Positions 11,955 to 26,377 of a stretch of DNA of 64,000 nt are shown in pieces. The stretch is taken from the NCBI GenBank assembly GCA_951406725.2, contig OX597815.1:76756001-76820000 (forward strand). Direction: 5' to 3'. The translations under genes were made by a program, and so were the position numbers. A model generated the notes under the pieces. That model was not told the origin of the DNA. It did not search any database and saw nothing but the letters and a program-made list of their open reading frames with translations. The DNA is from Octopus vulgaris. Taxonomy: Eukaryota. Each line of letters begins with the position of its first letter. The first letter of the stretch is position 1.

Positions 11955-13426
11955 GAATTTTCTTCTCAAATTTTGTGAGATACTGTCACATGGCATATGG
12001 TTATACACATGTTCTGACGTTTCCAAACGCCCTGTCAGCAATTTTAAAGACGCACACGACCACTCTACAGTTCACATCACTTATCCCTAATTATGTCTAA
12101 AAGCTATTGACTTATTGATTATATTCTTGAATAATAACATTTTAATAGGGATACGAAGAATTTGGAAACATTTCAAAACATTCAGCACTGTTTATAGCTA
12201 CACTTTGTAATTTCATGTTTCTAAGTTCGATCACAGTTCTCTTTCACGATGATCTCTGGTTGACCAATAGTGTGTGAGTGCAATCTGGACACAATCATAG
12301 ATACTCTTTTTCTACTTTTTTCATTTCATAATTAAAATGCAAGAAATTGTTCATAATCTCATGTTTCAAGCTTAGTGTTATAAATTACATAAATGAGGAG
12401 GCTGTTAAGAAAGTACCTATACGGCTTTGGCTGTAAAGAGATGATCGGTAGGATAAGGAAAATGTCGATTGCACACCGGCTTAAGCTTGATTACCTACAG
12501 AACGTAGCTTGTATAACTCGGAATACTCAGTGATTCCAGACATAATACGACGCTGACGATGTGTCCAAGTATTCCATCTATTTAATGTACATCTGTGCGT
12601 TAAGTTAAAAGGACGAAAAGCATTTTTGTATGGGTTGTTAGAAATCCTGATCTCGAGCAGTTACGATTTTTGTGGAAAGGAAAATCTTCATCTGAAGCAG
12701 TTACGGTTTTATGAAACCCCAGCAATTATCAGTCAATTAGATTGTCTATAGACATTCGTTAAAATTCCAATATAAATGAAAAATATTAAAATTAACGTAA
12801 TCAGTTCAGTAAATTGATGCTGAGCGAATAGTATTTCCCTTTTGCCTGATCACATCAAATAATAAAGGTTTCTACTATCTCTCACTTCTTTGCTGAAATT
12901 CTCAAATAACTCTCGATCATTCATTTCTTTGACCAATGACGTTCCAGTAGATATTCTAGCATTTCCAAAGTTGGAAAAATACTACAATATTTGTCCAACT
13001 TTGGAAATATTAGCATCCAATTTCCTTCACCATGGATTACTATCTAACCATTCTCTCTGATCATGGAGTTACCTTAGGAATACCCGATTTAACTGGATTT
13101 ATCCTCCCTTTCTAGACATAATGAACCACATCAACTATCGCTAATGAGGAACGTTCTTCCACTGTTACATATATTTAACCTATCACTCTCCAACCACAGA
13201 ATACTCAGTATACGGAATATTTTCCTCAACACGATGTCACAGTAGCTCAGATATCCTGAAAACAATTGTCAGAGACTATTCTTTTATTCGTTTCAGTCAT
13301 TTGACAATGGCCATACTGGAACACCGCCTTATTTTATTTAGTTAAATTAAATGTCCTTGTCAAGTCATTTTTGTTAAACTGTTTGCCTTCTCTTTTCTAC
13401 TTACTTTTCTACTTCGTGTATATATG

Positions 13427-13518
<92 letters not shown>

Positions 13519-13549
13519 TGTGTGTGTATGTGTGTGTGTGTGTGTGCGT

Positions 13550-14235
13550 TTACAGCCTTGGCCAAAAGTATTAGGCCACCCCGATGTTTCGGAGTTCTGC
13601 TATCTCAATGTTAATGAAATTCGTGCACATGGTAGATTCTGGTATATTTCACAATATACATCAGTTTTAATACCTGGCTGACTTCTCTTTAGCATCAATA
13701 ACCGTTTTTATACGGTTAGGCATTGAATCAGCTAGTTTCTTGCAGGTGCTAGGAGCAATTTTACACCAGTCTTCTCTCAACTTTTGACCATTGCGCACCG
13801 TTCCAATTTCAGTGGTTTTGTGGCCCGCTGAAGACATTTTTCCATATTCGTTTCAGAAACCCACAGCTTCTTCCTGGTTTTACAGCCTTTCAGACCTATT
13901 TCTTTATTACCCACAAGGGGCTAAACACAGAGAGGACAAACAAGGACAGACAAACGGATTAAGTCGATTACATCGACCCCAGTGCGTAACTGGTACTTAA
14001 TTTATCGACCCCGAAAGGATGAAAGGCAAAGTCGACCTCGGCAGAATTTGAACTCAGAACGTTGCGGCAGACGAAATACTGCTAAGCATTTCGCCCGGCG
14101 TGCTAACGTCTCTGCCAGCTCGCCGCCTTTCAGACCGTACTCTACAAGCCTTCTTCTAACAGTTCTGGTTGATATTTGTGAAGTACTTGCCCTGTTGAAG
14201 TCTGTACAGAGCTCCGACAATGTTTTTTCTCCTGC
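13550..14235 (-). mobile_element. Tc1-like transposon remnant interrupted by a SINE (13897-14128)
   Basis: Minus-strand peptide ISTRTVRRRLVEYGLKG (Tc1 HTH region) and a C-terminal DSMPNR-like motif near 13700-13730. Confidence 0.65.
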
Positions 14236-14239
14236 TTCT

Positions 14240-14900
14240 GAGCGACTGAAGGATGTTGTATTGGATCCATTTCTCATCACATATTACAATTCGATTCAGA
14301 AATGAATCATTTTGTGACAAGAAAGTAGCATAATGCAAGCTTCCAAACGTTACTATTTCTGATTTTCATTGAGTTCATGTGGGTCCCACTTATCCAACTT
14401 TTTCACTTTACCGATTTGAATTAGATGAGTCAATATTGTTTGCTTGCCAACACCAAACAACAGCGATAATTCACGGGCACTTTGAAATGGACCTGACTCG
14501 ACGGTGACTTTCAGTTCATCATTATCCACTTTTGTTTTTGGTCTACCGTGTTGTTCATTTCTGAGATCAAAGTTAGCAGAACAAAATATTGCAAACCAAT
14601 TTGATACTGTCTGCTGTGTAATAACATTAGAATGAGACACTCCATTAATATTCCGAACTGTCTGTGATGTTGTATTTACAAGAAAGAACTTATATTTCAA
14701 ACCTGTACGAATTTGCGACTTATCCATTTCTAAACAAAAATAGCAAAGAACGATTTATAAATACTTTATAAAGCGCAAAATAAGTTAGAATAAAGCAATA
14801 GATGTGTGCTTTCTAACAAAAAATAAGATGGTCAAAATATAATAAAGGCACAAAGTGAGCAGCTGACAAAGTTTACCATATACCTTACTACAAATTTCAT
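14240..14900 (-). mobile_element. mariner transposase remnant
   Basis: ORF 14353-14727 has a Mos1-like N-terminus and WDPHEL (WVPHEL motif), followed by FLNRIVICDEKWIQY (first catalytic Asp). Confidence 0.9.
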
Positions 14901-17246
14901 ACTTGACGACCTAATATATATGTATGTATGTAAGCATGTATGTATGTATGTATGTATGTATGTTTGTATGTATGTATGTATGTATGTATGTATGTATGTA
15001 TGTATATGTATATAATATACATGTATGTATGTAAGCATGTATGTATGTCTGTATGTATGTAGGTAGGTACGTAGGTAGGTGTGTGAGTAGGTAGGTAAGT
15101 GTGTATACACCCAACCGTATATATATGCATACATACGTATATATATATATATATATATACATGCATACATACATATGTTCAAATATATACGTAGATATGT
15201 AGATATGTAGATATGTGTGTGTGTGTGTTTGTTTTGCTGTCCCCTTGACTTGACATCATCCAGGGATTCTTAGTGAATGTCATTGTCATGCGAAAGGTGT
15301 TCTTTGTCTCCAGTCTTCCTTGTAACCATTTCTGGGCACGGTGAAATAATACCTTACTTAATAGCATGTGAGGTTTAGCTACGGACTATATAAAATCTGA
15401 CTGATCCAAGCGAGTATGAAAAGGTAAAAGTCTAAATGTGGATATATTCTTTTATTCTTTTATTCCTTTACAATTTTCAGCCCTAAGGCTGTTACCATGC
15501 TGAAGCATCGCCAGTATAATTATTTCTTTAATGGTCAATTGTACTTGATTGGCTTTTGGTGAAGAAGGGAGTTCGGCACTGTTGCCCTCTGCTGAGTCTC
15601 CTAACTTGATATTATTTCATCTGGGACCTTGGATAGAGGGATGTCCAGTTCTTTCTTGAAAATATACCCTACTCAATGAAGATCCCTCAGATATTTTGGC
15701 AAGGCATTAAACATTTGTGGGCCCTTGAATTCTAAGCTATTGCAATACGTGGTCCTCACTCTAGATGAGATAGTTGGGAACTTTGCAACAGTGCAGTGAC
15801 GTCCATTTCGGGGTCTGGTATAGCTCTCGATAGAAAAGTTTGAGCCATTTTCTTCGAACAGTGGCCTTATCTTGTACTGTACTGAAGCAAATTCTTTTGT
15901 ACATCTATAGAAGGTTATGTTTTAATATTTTTGACAGATCTGGCTTCTTTTTCTGCCCTCTTCTTTTCATAGGAGTATTTGAATTCATTTTTGATCACGA
16001 GAAATGTTATTTGAGATAAGATCGTTTGTTATCATTTAGTGGCCTATTTAGACAATTTGAGATTTTTACTGGTCGTCTCATTATAATCCGCATATCCCTG
16101 GGAATTATATTTTTTGTATTACTTTGGCATTCTATCTAGAGCAAACGCATTACTTATGTCGTGCATGATTGTCATAAAGTGCTGCAGTTTTACGTCACGA
16201 AGGAGCTTAAAGTCAAGCAGCCCAAAATATTTAAAGCATATAATCTACCATCTTGGGGCTACGGACCTCATAGTGCAAGTTGGTAGATGATTTTAATATT
16301 TTGGGCTTCTTCTTTTCTAGGCCATGTTTCCTTTCATATTCCTTTCTCCCTTTGTTTATATTGGATTCACTTGTGGTTTACTCTGATGAAGCTCCGTGCT
16401 TTAATTCGGGTGTCCTATGAAGGTGAAGAATTTTATTTTCGCAATTATTAATAGACAGCGTTTGGCAACGGATGCGGAAATGGCCGTAAGATTTGAAACG
16501 TCACCTATTTGTGATGTCAGGCTTTGTATTAAAACATAAGCTATAAATGTGTTTCAATCGATGTGTTTGTTAATCTGAAGTTTTCTTCATTTTCTGATTA
16601 TTTGTATTTGCTTCCTGATAAACTCTTGTTTATCCTGTTGTTACCTGCACTCCGCGTGCTTAGTGTGCCTGCACACCAATGCTCGATGATAACACGGCTA
16701 ACGGATACCGATAGTACACACGGGTATTTTGTCCCTTAGTCGCTATGTAAACAAAGAGAGAAATTTTCATTAGGTTTCTATTCATATCTACTATTTTCTT
16801 TCGAGAAAATAATAAATATAGAAGATTATTATTAGTTAATGTAAACAATAATTCTTTTATACCAACTAATTAAAAAAGACAAGAGTTGTTGCATTGAAAA
16901 TGTAATTGTTGTGGTGACAAGCGACTATCTTCGAAATAAAAGGGGTTCAATTGGTATGTGTTTGAGATATAACGAAGTGAATTTCGATGGTTGTGGATTG
17001 CACTTACTTAATTGTATAGTCCGTTAAAGTGTTTCCGTTGTTTTTAAATTGTAATTGATATATGATTGGATAGTTAACGCTCACGCTCGTAACACAGACA
17101 TTTGAATTAATTTATACAATCCAGCCGTCCTTTCACACGGAATTTCGTCTTTTTCTAAACCATGAACCTGAAGTGACTTTATATATAATGGAACTGTGAT
17201 TATGTATATCAGAATATATAGATATATAGATATATATATCCTTAAT

Positions 17247-17623
17247 ATGTTTGGGTCGATCAAATAAGTACCAGTTAATCATTGAGGTCAATGTAACCGA
17301 CTTAATCCCCTTGTATGTCCTTGTTTGGCTCCTCTGTGTGGGCAATAAAAAAAAATACTTTGATCCTCTGTATTTTCGTCGTTGCTGGATTTGTTGAAAC
17401 CGTTTTTGCTGATCGTATTCCACCCAAAATTAATTTGATTCGTAGATCAGAAGCGGATCCATCCCCAGACGATGAATTCATATCTTTAATCGTGCGATCT
17501 GCAGAACCTTCTAATATATTGGCTAATAAACCTACCATAGGAATGAGTTATCAAGAATATATTTGTAGGAAAATTGTTAAATTTATTGATTTTAGTGTTT
17601 TAGTGTTTCTATGTTATGTATAA
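17247..17623 (+). pseudogene. G3 exon 1: tachykinin precursor paralog disrupted by a SINE fragment and loss of the Met-Gly amidation motif
   Basis: ATG at 17247 in the same context as G5 (TATCCTxAAxATG) followed by an antisense SINE piece (about 17253-17356), then LILCIFVVAGFVETVFADRIPPKINLIRR-SEA-DPSPDDEFISLIVR, which aligns with G5 and G2. Confidence 0.85.
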
Positions 17624-18550
17624 TTTCGAGATATGTATTTATAATCGAGCTAAAATTATAAGATATTTTATCGTTTCGCGTCACAAAGAAACAAGCAGAA
17701 TAGTGTTATATAATTCACTAAATTATAATGGCTATGATAATCTCCATAATATACACTGATTACACTTTCTAATTAAATAATGATAATGCAATTATCTATC
17801 AATATTAGTATAACTATCACAATATCGAAAGAGAATGTAGGGAAACAAGGAATAAAAATTCAATGTCCCTTCACTTTCATGAAGCATCCCTTAAAAACAA
17901 TATTTCAGATTAACAAAATTGCCTTTTATCTTAACCGCCATCTTCAGTTGACATCTCATATGAAAAGTTACGATGCAGCAATATGAATCACGAAACATAC
18001 TAATAATCGAAACGTTATTAAAATGTAATCCTGCAGATATCTGGAAATATAACAGAGGACTAAATTCACATCAGTCTTGAACCATATTCTGGCAAAATAT
18101 TAGTGTAGCGATTGTTATTATACTTTAATTTTATCGTAAGGTGCTTTTGAAATTATGATATAACGTACCGTTTTAAATATCGTTACTGTTAGAGTTTCAT
18201 AGGAAAGAAAGAATACTCTAGTAAGGACTCTGAAATTATCTGACATACATACATACATACATACATACATACATACATACATACATACATACATACATGC
18301 ATGCATGCATACATACATGCATACAAACGTACATACATACATGCGTACGTATGTATGTGTGTGTGTATGTATGTATATATGTATGTTTGTATGTATATAA
18401 GTATATATAAATGTGTGTGTGTGCAGGGGGTATGTACGTGCGTATAGTGTGTGTGTGTGTGTTAAACTAATTTTTGAAAATTGTTACTATGCCTCTTAAA
18501 TGCTAATTTATGATATATGCTATACTGTAATAAGTCCTTTTTTCTTACGG

Positions 18551-18570
18551 CGTCCCGTCGTCTTCTGTAA
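18551..18570 (+). pseudogene. G3 relic exon 2 (homolog of the G2 neurotensin-like exon) with dead splice acceptor
   Basis: TTTTTTCTTACGG|CG TCC CGT CGT CTT CTG TAA versus G2 TTTTCTTACAG|TT TCT CGT CGT CCA TAT ATT CTT; flanks also align (ATATGCTATA upstream, AAAATxTTCAGGTAT downstream); AG changed to GG at 18549-18550. Confidence 0.75.
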
Positions 18571-19030
18571 GTCGTCAAAAATCTTCAGGTATCATTTCCG
18601 TCGTTAATTTTGTTTTGTATAAAATTCCAGGCTTTTGGAGTGTGTGAAACCATCTCTTAACTACAATTCTTCGGTTCTGGTGTAGTAGCACCTGTCAGGA
18701 TCCCATCTATGAGTTACCTGGCATATGTGATGACAATCCATCCGAACGCGCGTACGCAGTTATAACCTTGATTGATACCAGGGCATGCAATAAAGTGAGG
18801 GACCCCTAGATATCGTCACAGCATTCTTCCAGAAGAGGGATACTCTGATGTAAAAACTGCGTTTTTACATGACTGATGGCCATTTCCTTTCGACATGAAT
18901 ATTTCAAACCACGCAGATCTGCATCGGAGCTAAATGGTCATCTCAGAGGTAACAGATGAAAAGGAAGAGATGACATTGACAACGAAGAAAGATAAGGCGA
19001 CAGCTATCATCTGAGAAGATGGAGCAATCA

Positions 19031-19126
<96 letters not shown>

Positions 19127-22060
19127 ATATACTAAATTAATTATATGGCCAGTCATAAAGTGACCAATGATTTCGAATCCATAAAGTGCATAACCTTATA
19201 GATGACCCGTTTGATTCTAATGGCCACAGGCATATAACTTTGTTTCAAATTGAAGAGAGAAAAACGTTAAAGCTGGTTAATTATTCAGACAAAAATATAT
19301 ATTGTCCGAGCCTTAGGTGGGATGGGGGTTATCGCCCTCATATCGTTTCGAGTCGGCAAACTTTTACGGTTATTATTAACGAACGAGGAATCCCACGCTT
19401 GTAGGAGGTAGCATTTAAAATGGAATTTAAACTTGTCCCCCGGTCTATTGTGTCTTTTATGATCCTTACCTGCTCTGTTATGCAAACATTGCATCCTCTG
19501 CTCCTGGTTATATAGGGCAGCAGATGTTCAAGGATCTTCCATTTAATTGTTTATGGGGTTCCTTCATCCTCCAGGCACCACTCATCGCTAACCAGTAATG
19601 TGAACTAGCGCCTTTTTGCTTAAAGACAGTTCCGACCGAACCGATTTATCTACAAACGTGTATGTTGGATGTCTTATCGCCTTAGATGCTTCTTCCATTT
19701 GCCCCGTATCTGGTGTTGCTGCTACTATAGTTGGAACTTCTGGCTCATCTCTGGCTGCAGCGCTGGAGTTACTGCATTTTGTTGCTGCTGGTGTTGGTGC
19801 TGGTATTGTTTGTAGGCGTGAGAGTTGTAGTTCTGTTGTAGCTTTCTTTCTTTCTAGCACTTCCACAATTTCTGAGAGTGTATCGAGTAACACCTGATCC
19901 AAATAACCCGTCTTGAATGTCACTTGTGGAATTAATGTTTGCTAGAAAGATTAGATCCGTCTTTGAGAGGTTGTTACCGAGTGAAAAAAAGAAAAATGAC
20001 GAACAATAAATAATTCAAAATTCTTCAAAATAGGCAAAGTTTTTTTTCTAACGTAAAGATATAGTAAAGAAAGTTGGGAGGACAGTGTAATTATTAAACA
20101 AATTGGAAAACTGTTATTCTTGGTAAAGGAAAAAAATTCGTACATAAAAGACATATAAACCAATTTTTAAAAAAGATTTACGGAAGAAACGGTCACGAGA
20201 GATGTAATTCCCATGGAAGTTTGAGGTACACGTTTGAGGTACCAACACCCAAACAAATTGGAACTGCACGTTCAAGTACTAGAAAAAGGAAAAGAACGGA
20301 AATATTGGGATTAAACCATAAGCGTAAGAGATATTTAACTCTCGACGGAATTGTAAAAGGGAAGACGTTATGGGAGGTTGATTCTCACAAACGGGAGGTG
20401 TTGTGGAAGGATCCTGAGCACCCCCACATGACCGAAAGTGGACTAACGCATTTCAAAAAACTAAAGAAATTATGTGAATTGTCAGGCAGTTGACCGTCGG
20501 TATTGGTTACTGTGTTAGTTTAATAGCGTAACTACGTTTGGAGCGGTACGGGGTACACTCTGTGTGAACATATTAATTCTGCGAAAGGTTATTCTAGATA
20601 ACCATATCCAAATATTTATTTTGGTACTACTTTTCTTACAACTAACGTGTACAAACTCGCGTAATAACATTTTTGGCGACGAGATATTGTAGTTGTAGAG
20701 CACAGCCTGTTCCTAGATTCTACTGGCTGGTGATGTCCTCAAATTACAGCTAATTTTTCTGTTCCTCGTTCCTTTGCCAAAATAATAACACCAATTTACT
20801 CAACACTTCTCAACTATATCAGCTCTCTAAGTAGAACTTAAGCAGGGAAAAGTTCTATGTTTACTTTTAAGTACTTGATTAACTTAATATTACACTCATC
20901 AAAACTACTTTAATATTATCCACTCTCTGGCACATTGTGCATTCACTCTAGAGGGGTATCTGGGGTAAGTGCCTTCTACTATAGTCCCGAGCTGACCAGA
21001 GCTTTCTGAGTGGATTTAGTACAGAGAAACCGAAGGAAGCCCGTCGTATTTATGTGTTTGTGTGTGCGTGCGTGTGCATGTGTTGTGCGCGCGGGCATAT
21101 TTTCACCACTTGACAACCGGTGCTGGTGTGTTTATGTCCACGTAACCAAGCAGTCCAGCTATCGAGACCTATAGAATAGGTATCAGGCTTAACAAAAGTA
21201 AGTACTGGGATCGATTCATTCGATTAAAAATTCTTGAAGGCGTTGCCCCTGCATAGCTGCAGTCTAATCACTGAAACTAGTCAATGATACCAGATAACAG
21301 ATATAAACTATGATCATGTATATATTTTACTACTTTTAGAAAGAGTAGCAAAAACATTGCAATTAGAGCCATTTTACCCAAACTACTGGGGTAAAGGACT
21401 GAATGCAAGGGTAGTGGCAAAAGAAATTAATGATGTGCAAGGCCCAGGAACTATCAATGAACGTGTGGCACAACGGACGTTTCAAGGGATTTACACCAGT
21501 CTCGAAGACAAACCAATTCAATTGTGGAAGATGAGATATTGCTAGTAATGGTTGAACAAGAGCCAAGCACAAGCACTCATAAAATATCAGCAGAAGTTAT
21601 CCTTCACAAAGCACCATCAGTCAACTACTACATATGCTCAGCTTTATGAACAGATACTTTCGTGAAGGTTCTCTTGAACTGACCTATGACCAGACTCAAC
21701 GAAGTGTAAACATTTGCAAACTGCTGGCAAATCTTTAAGACAACCACAACCACCACCACCACCACTATCACCCACCCACCCACCCACCCACCAGATCTCA
21801 CTTTGGCAACTTCACCCACGACTTCCTCTTCATAACGTCTACCTTCTGGGATTTCCTACTATCCTACATGTCTGTCCCACAAATAAAGTAGCGAGTTAAC
21901 GACATCAATTTCTCACCGGTTTTAAAAGAGGCTGTATCCGTTAATAACACTAACTTGGCATTTCACAGCAGTAACATTTACTAATATATAGTTTGTTCTT
22001 TCACTGAAAGAATATCGACTGAAGTTTATTATTGAACAATAGATATAAAATTTCTCTATA

Positions 22061-22451
22061 AGGCGCAGGAGTAAGTAGCTTGCTTATCAGTCACATGGTC
22101 CTGGGTTCAGTCCCACTGCATGGCACCTTGGGCAAGTGTCTTCTACTGTAGACTCGGGCCGGCCAAAGCCTTGTGAGTGGATTTGGTAGACGGAAACTGG
22201 AAGAAGCCCGTCGTATATGTATATATATATATGTATGTGTGTATATGTTTGTCTGCGTTTGTCCCCCCAACATCGCTTGACAACCGATGGCGGTGTGTTT
22301 ACGTTCCCGTAGCTTAGCGGTTCGGCAAAAGAGGCCGATAGAATAAGTACTAGGCTTCCAAAGAATAAACTCTGGGGTCAGTTTGCTCGACTAAAGGTAG
22401 TGCTCCAGCATGACCGCAGTCAAATGACTGAAACAAGTAAAAGAGTAAAAG
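22061..22451 (+). mobile_element. Near full-length SINE of a second tRNA-derived family
   Basis: tRNA-like head (GGTTCAGTCCCACTG B-box-like), internal microsatellite, tail GACTGAAACAAGTAAAAGAG; related copies at about 11510-11600 (-), 20960-21290, 54950-55340, 56870-57160 and 63920-64000. Confidence 0.75.
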
Positions 22452-22523
22452 TTATTTAGACTTTTGTCTAAATGTATTTATAAAATATACATTATAGATA
22501 AAATGAGTTTTAAATAAAAAATA

Positions 22524-23353
22524 CGAAGTCGTATCAAAAGGTTCCCGGACTAATTATGTTGAATGAAAAATAAGCTATTTACCTGAGTTTAAACATCATC
22601 TCCTTCGAAATAGTCACCTTGCACATTACTAGTCCCAACGTTCCTGCCATTTTTGAAATCTGGCCTGGAAGTAATTTTCTGTAAGCGAGTCAAGGACATT
22701 CAGTGATTCGCTCTGGATCTTGACAACGGTGTTAAAATGACATGTGCGCTGCATTTTCCTATTCATGAAGAGATGGAAGTCCGCAGGTGCAAAGTTTGGC
22801 GAATAAGGTGGGTGTTGAAGTGATACCATGTTGTTTTTGGCAAGAAACGCACATGTGAGTAGAGCTCAGTGACAGGGTGCTTGTCGTCGTCAAGAATCCA
22901 ATTCTTCGCGCTTCATAGATCCAGTCGCTTTCGCCGAATGTCCTCCCTCAAACACTTCAAAACATCACTATAAAACTCTCGACTGACGGTCAGGCCCTGG
23001 GACGTTCTTCTACTTTTGAATTGACCGTGTCACTCAAAACATTGCGTACGACTCATTGCCTCGTAACCGTAAGCTTGCCGAAGCATGCTCAATGTCTCTG
23101 TAGTAGACTTTGTAAGTTTAACACAACATTTCGTTGGCTTTTTGTTCCAACTTCCTGTCCATGAAAAAAATCGCAGATTGCAGCATACCGTGATAACAAA
23201 TAACACAGATTTTATAACTTGCGAAGTAACCACAGCGATGACACTCGGCACACTACCTCATGAATATTACTGCTATCTCTCAATGCGCACGGAACTGTGC
23301 GCTTTCATTTGTTGGCGTGCAACTTAGTCCGGGAACTTTTTGTTACCACCTCG
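22524..23353 (-). mobile_element. Internally deleted mariner element with TIRs and TA target duplication
   Basis: TA-CGAAGTCGTATCAAAAGGTTCCCGGACTAA ... TTAGTCCGGGAACTTTTTGTTACCACCTCG-TA; HPPYSPNFAPADFHLF (YSPDLAP motif) and an N-terminal KSTTETLSMLRQAYG segment. Confidence 0.9.
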
Positions 23354-25565
23354 TATATATTACGTTCTACTAAAGGCAAGTATGAAAAGCTATACGATAG
23401 TTTTAAAGTTATGTCCCTTGAAAACTTTTTCGAAGTAGTTATTTCCCTTAGGGAAGAAATTCGTTGTTATCGGTTTAAGGTTATGCAGCTTCGTCGCGTT
23501 ACTCTTAGAGGCTTCCAGTAACCTTTTGTTCTGCAGCCCCATCCCTTCAATCAAAATTCATAATCTACGCACCTTTTATTCATAGCTGTATTTTACTTTA
23601 TTCTATCTGAAGTTCAATATCTTACGTTATCCTAAAGAACATCTTTAAAAGTACAAGTTTGATTAAGGTTTATTATAAATTTCAATAAGTATATCTTCCA
23701 GATATGAACAAAGAAGCACTTTTATAACCAGACAACTTTCAGAGACAAACACGGCGCACTTTTCGCTTCGCGGAATCATCGATCAGTTCAGAATAATCAA
23801 GCTGAGAGATAAATTCCTGTTCAATAAATATCATAGACAATCCACAAAGTCTGGTACACGTTCGTGGCACAATGTAATATTTTTACAAGAACTTTTGAGG
23901 TACACTGTATTACCATTTTATTTCTTGATATTTTCAGTTAACATAGATAGTTTAATTCTTGTTCAACATCTTAATCAAAGTAAATACATGACTCATCCAC
24001 GTACTTCGATCTTAACATGAGACCCTCAACCGCGGAGGTTCATTACGACCCCAGAGGTTGCAGGGGCTTAGCGACGGACCTGAGGTTATATTAAAGGTTT
24101 TTATATTTTGTTTATATACTGCTTTTTCCTCGATTCTAAAAATGAATAATAAAAAACATGAAAACATTTTCATACTATTTTAGATCATCAGCCAAAAGTT
24201 TGCTCTGAACCAAACAAAGATTTTCCATAAGTAATATAACCTAAGAAATATGAATATTTATTTATTTGAACAATTTGGAGAAATATTGGGTAAGTATTAC
24301 ACACTATATAGATAGAGAATATGAATTCGTTTTAAAAGTTAAGGATTCAGGCGTAGGTAGGTGGTTAAGCAGCTCGCTGTGCAGCCATGTAGTTTCGGAC
24401 TCAGTTCCATTGTGCGGCAATGGACAACTCATGCTCCCGTGAGTAAGTTTGGGAGTCAGAAGCTCGTAGTATATATATATATATATATATGTATGTGATT
24501 GTGTCCACCACAGCTTCGGAACTGGTGTTAGCCTGTTTACGTTCCCTTAACATAGTGGTAGTGTCAGTATTGTACTGAGTTCCCTGATTCATTCTGACAC
24601 ACAAATTAGCTCATTCATCTAGATTAAGTTTTCATCAGCAGGATTTAGATTCCTTCTAGGTTTCATAGACCTATGTGGATGTTATTCCTGATCATACTGT
24701 GTCAGGATAAACCGCATACGTTGCAAATTTCATTTTCTTGTTACCTCATCTGTGAATTCATCCCCTAGAACGATAATTTTCGAAGTGTGTGTATGTATGA
24801 GAGAAACAATGGAATTCAACACGTTTCAAAGATCGAAAATGGTTCCATGTTAATGACTGACGCAAAACCACATTACATAAAACTTCTCAGGGGAGACTAC
24901 AAAAACATCCGAGCATTTGGATGCTTCGAGTTGCATGACAAACCTTTCAGTACATCCAAACGGGATGTTTATAGCTAAGGACTTACAATGAAATTTTGTT
25001 AATGGTAGAAAAGTGAACATTTTGTTATTATACAAAGGTAAACAGGAGGCTATTAATATACTTGGGTTAAGCACGTGGGGCAATCTTACCAACTAAAGAC
25101 TAGAAATTACCTATAAGAAGGCAACGGAACATAATGGTTTCAAATTTTGACATAAGGTCAGCAAATTCTGGGAAGACGCTAGGTCGTTTCCATGGACCAA
25201 GAGTTCAACTGTTACTTATTTTATCAGCCCCGAAATGATGAAAGACCAAGTCGACATCGGTGGAATTTGAATTCAGAATGTAAAGACGGACGATATGCCA
25301 CAAAGCATTTTGCCTGGTATGCTAACGATCTTGCCAATTAAAAAGAAAAGACGACGCGAGATAGAAAGAAACCTCTATACAATTGAGAATTGCCTGCAGC
25401 ATTAGGGGTTGAGGTTAATCAACAACATGAAATATTGTGTGAATAGCACAATATTTTGTAATGATCAAACTAATTCACAATATTTTTTGCGTGTCAACAT
25501 ATACTACTGATTATGTTGATTTTGGTTTTCTAGTTTGATACGAAATTGCAACGAAAGGGTAGAAA

Positions 25566-25600
<35 letters not shown>

Positions 25601-26259
25601 GGGGTACCCAAAGGAAACCGGAATTTTGCAATATTATTTTATTCGCTTAGATTTTCCCGTTTACACTTTTATCGCCTTGAAAGTATTCTCTATTTGAATC
25701 AATGCATCGGTCCAGGCACATTTTCCACTATTCGAAGCAGTGTTTGAACTCTTGCGAAGTGATGCCTTTTCACGGCTCCGTCAGTTTTTTCTTCGCCTCT
25801 TCCACATCTGCAAATTCCGTAGCACCGGCTTTCGTCACCAGTGATGACCTTCGAAATTAAAACCAGAGCAACTTCCAACTGTTTTGTCAAATCACGACTT
25901 TGCCTTTCATCCTTTCGGGGTCTATAATAAATTAAGTACCAGTTGCGTACTGGCGTCGATCTAATCCTTGTCCGCATCTTAATTGCTACCTCCCACAAGC
26001 GTGGGACTCTACGTTCGTTCATAAGTGCAGTAAAAATTTGCCGAATCAACAGATGTAAGGGCGACAACCCCATCCCACCCAATGCTTGAACGATATATAT
26101 TTTTGTTCAAATTGACCAACTTTAACGTTTCTCTATCTTCAAATTGAAACGAGGTTATATGCCTGCGGCCGTTAGAGTCCGACGATCCGTCTATAAGGCT
26201 ATGCGCTTTACGGATGCGAAATCATTGGTCCCTCTATGATTGGCCATATAATTAATTTC

Positions 26260-26377
<118 letters not shown>

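Noticed and set aside
19588-19923. 111-aa Ala/Thr/Pro-rich minus-strand ORF
   Set aside because: No ATG start, signal peptide or splice support; probably a retroelement fragment.
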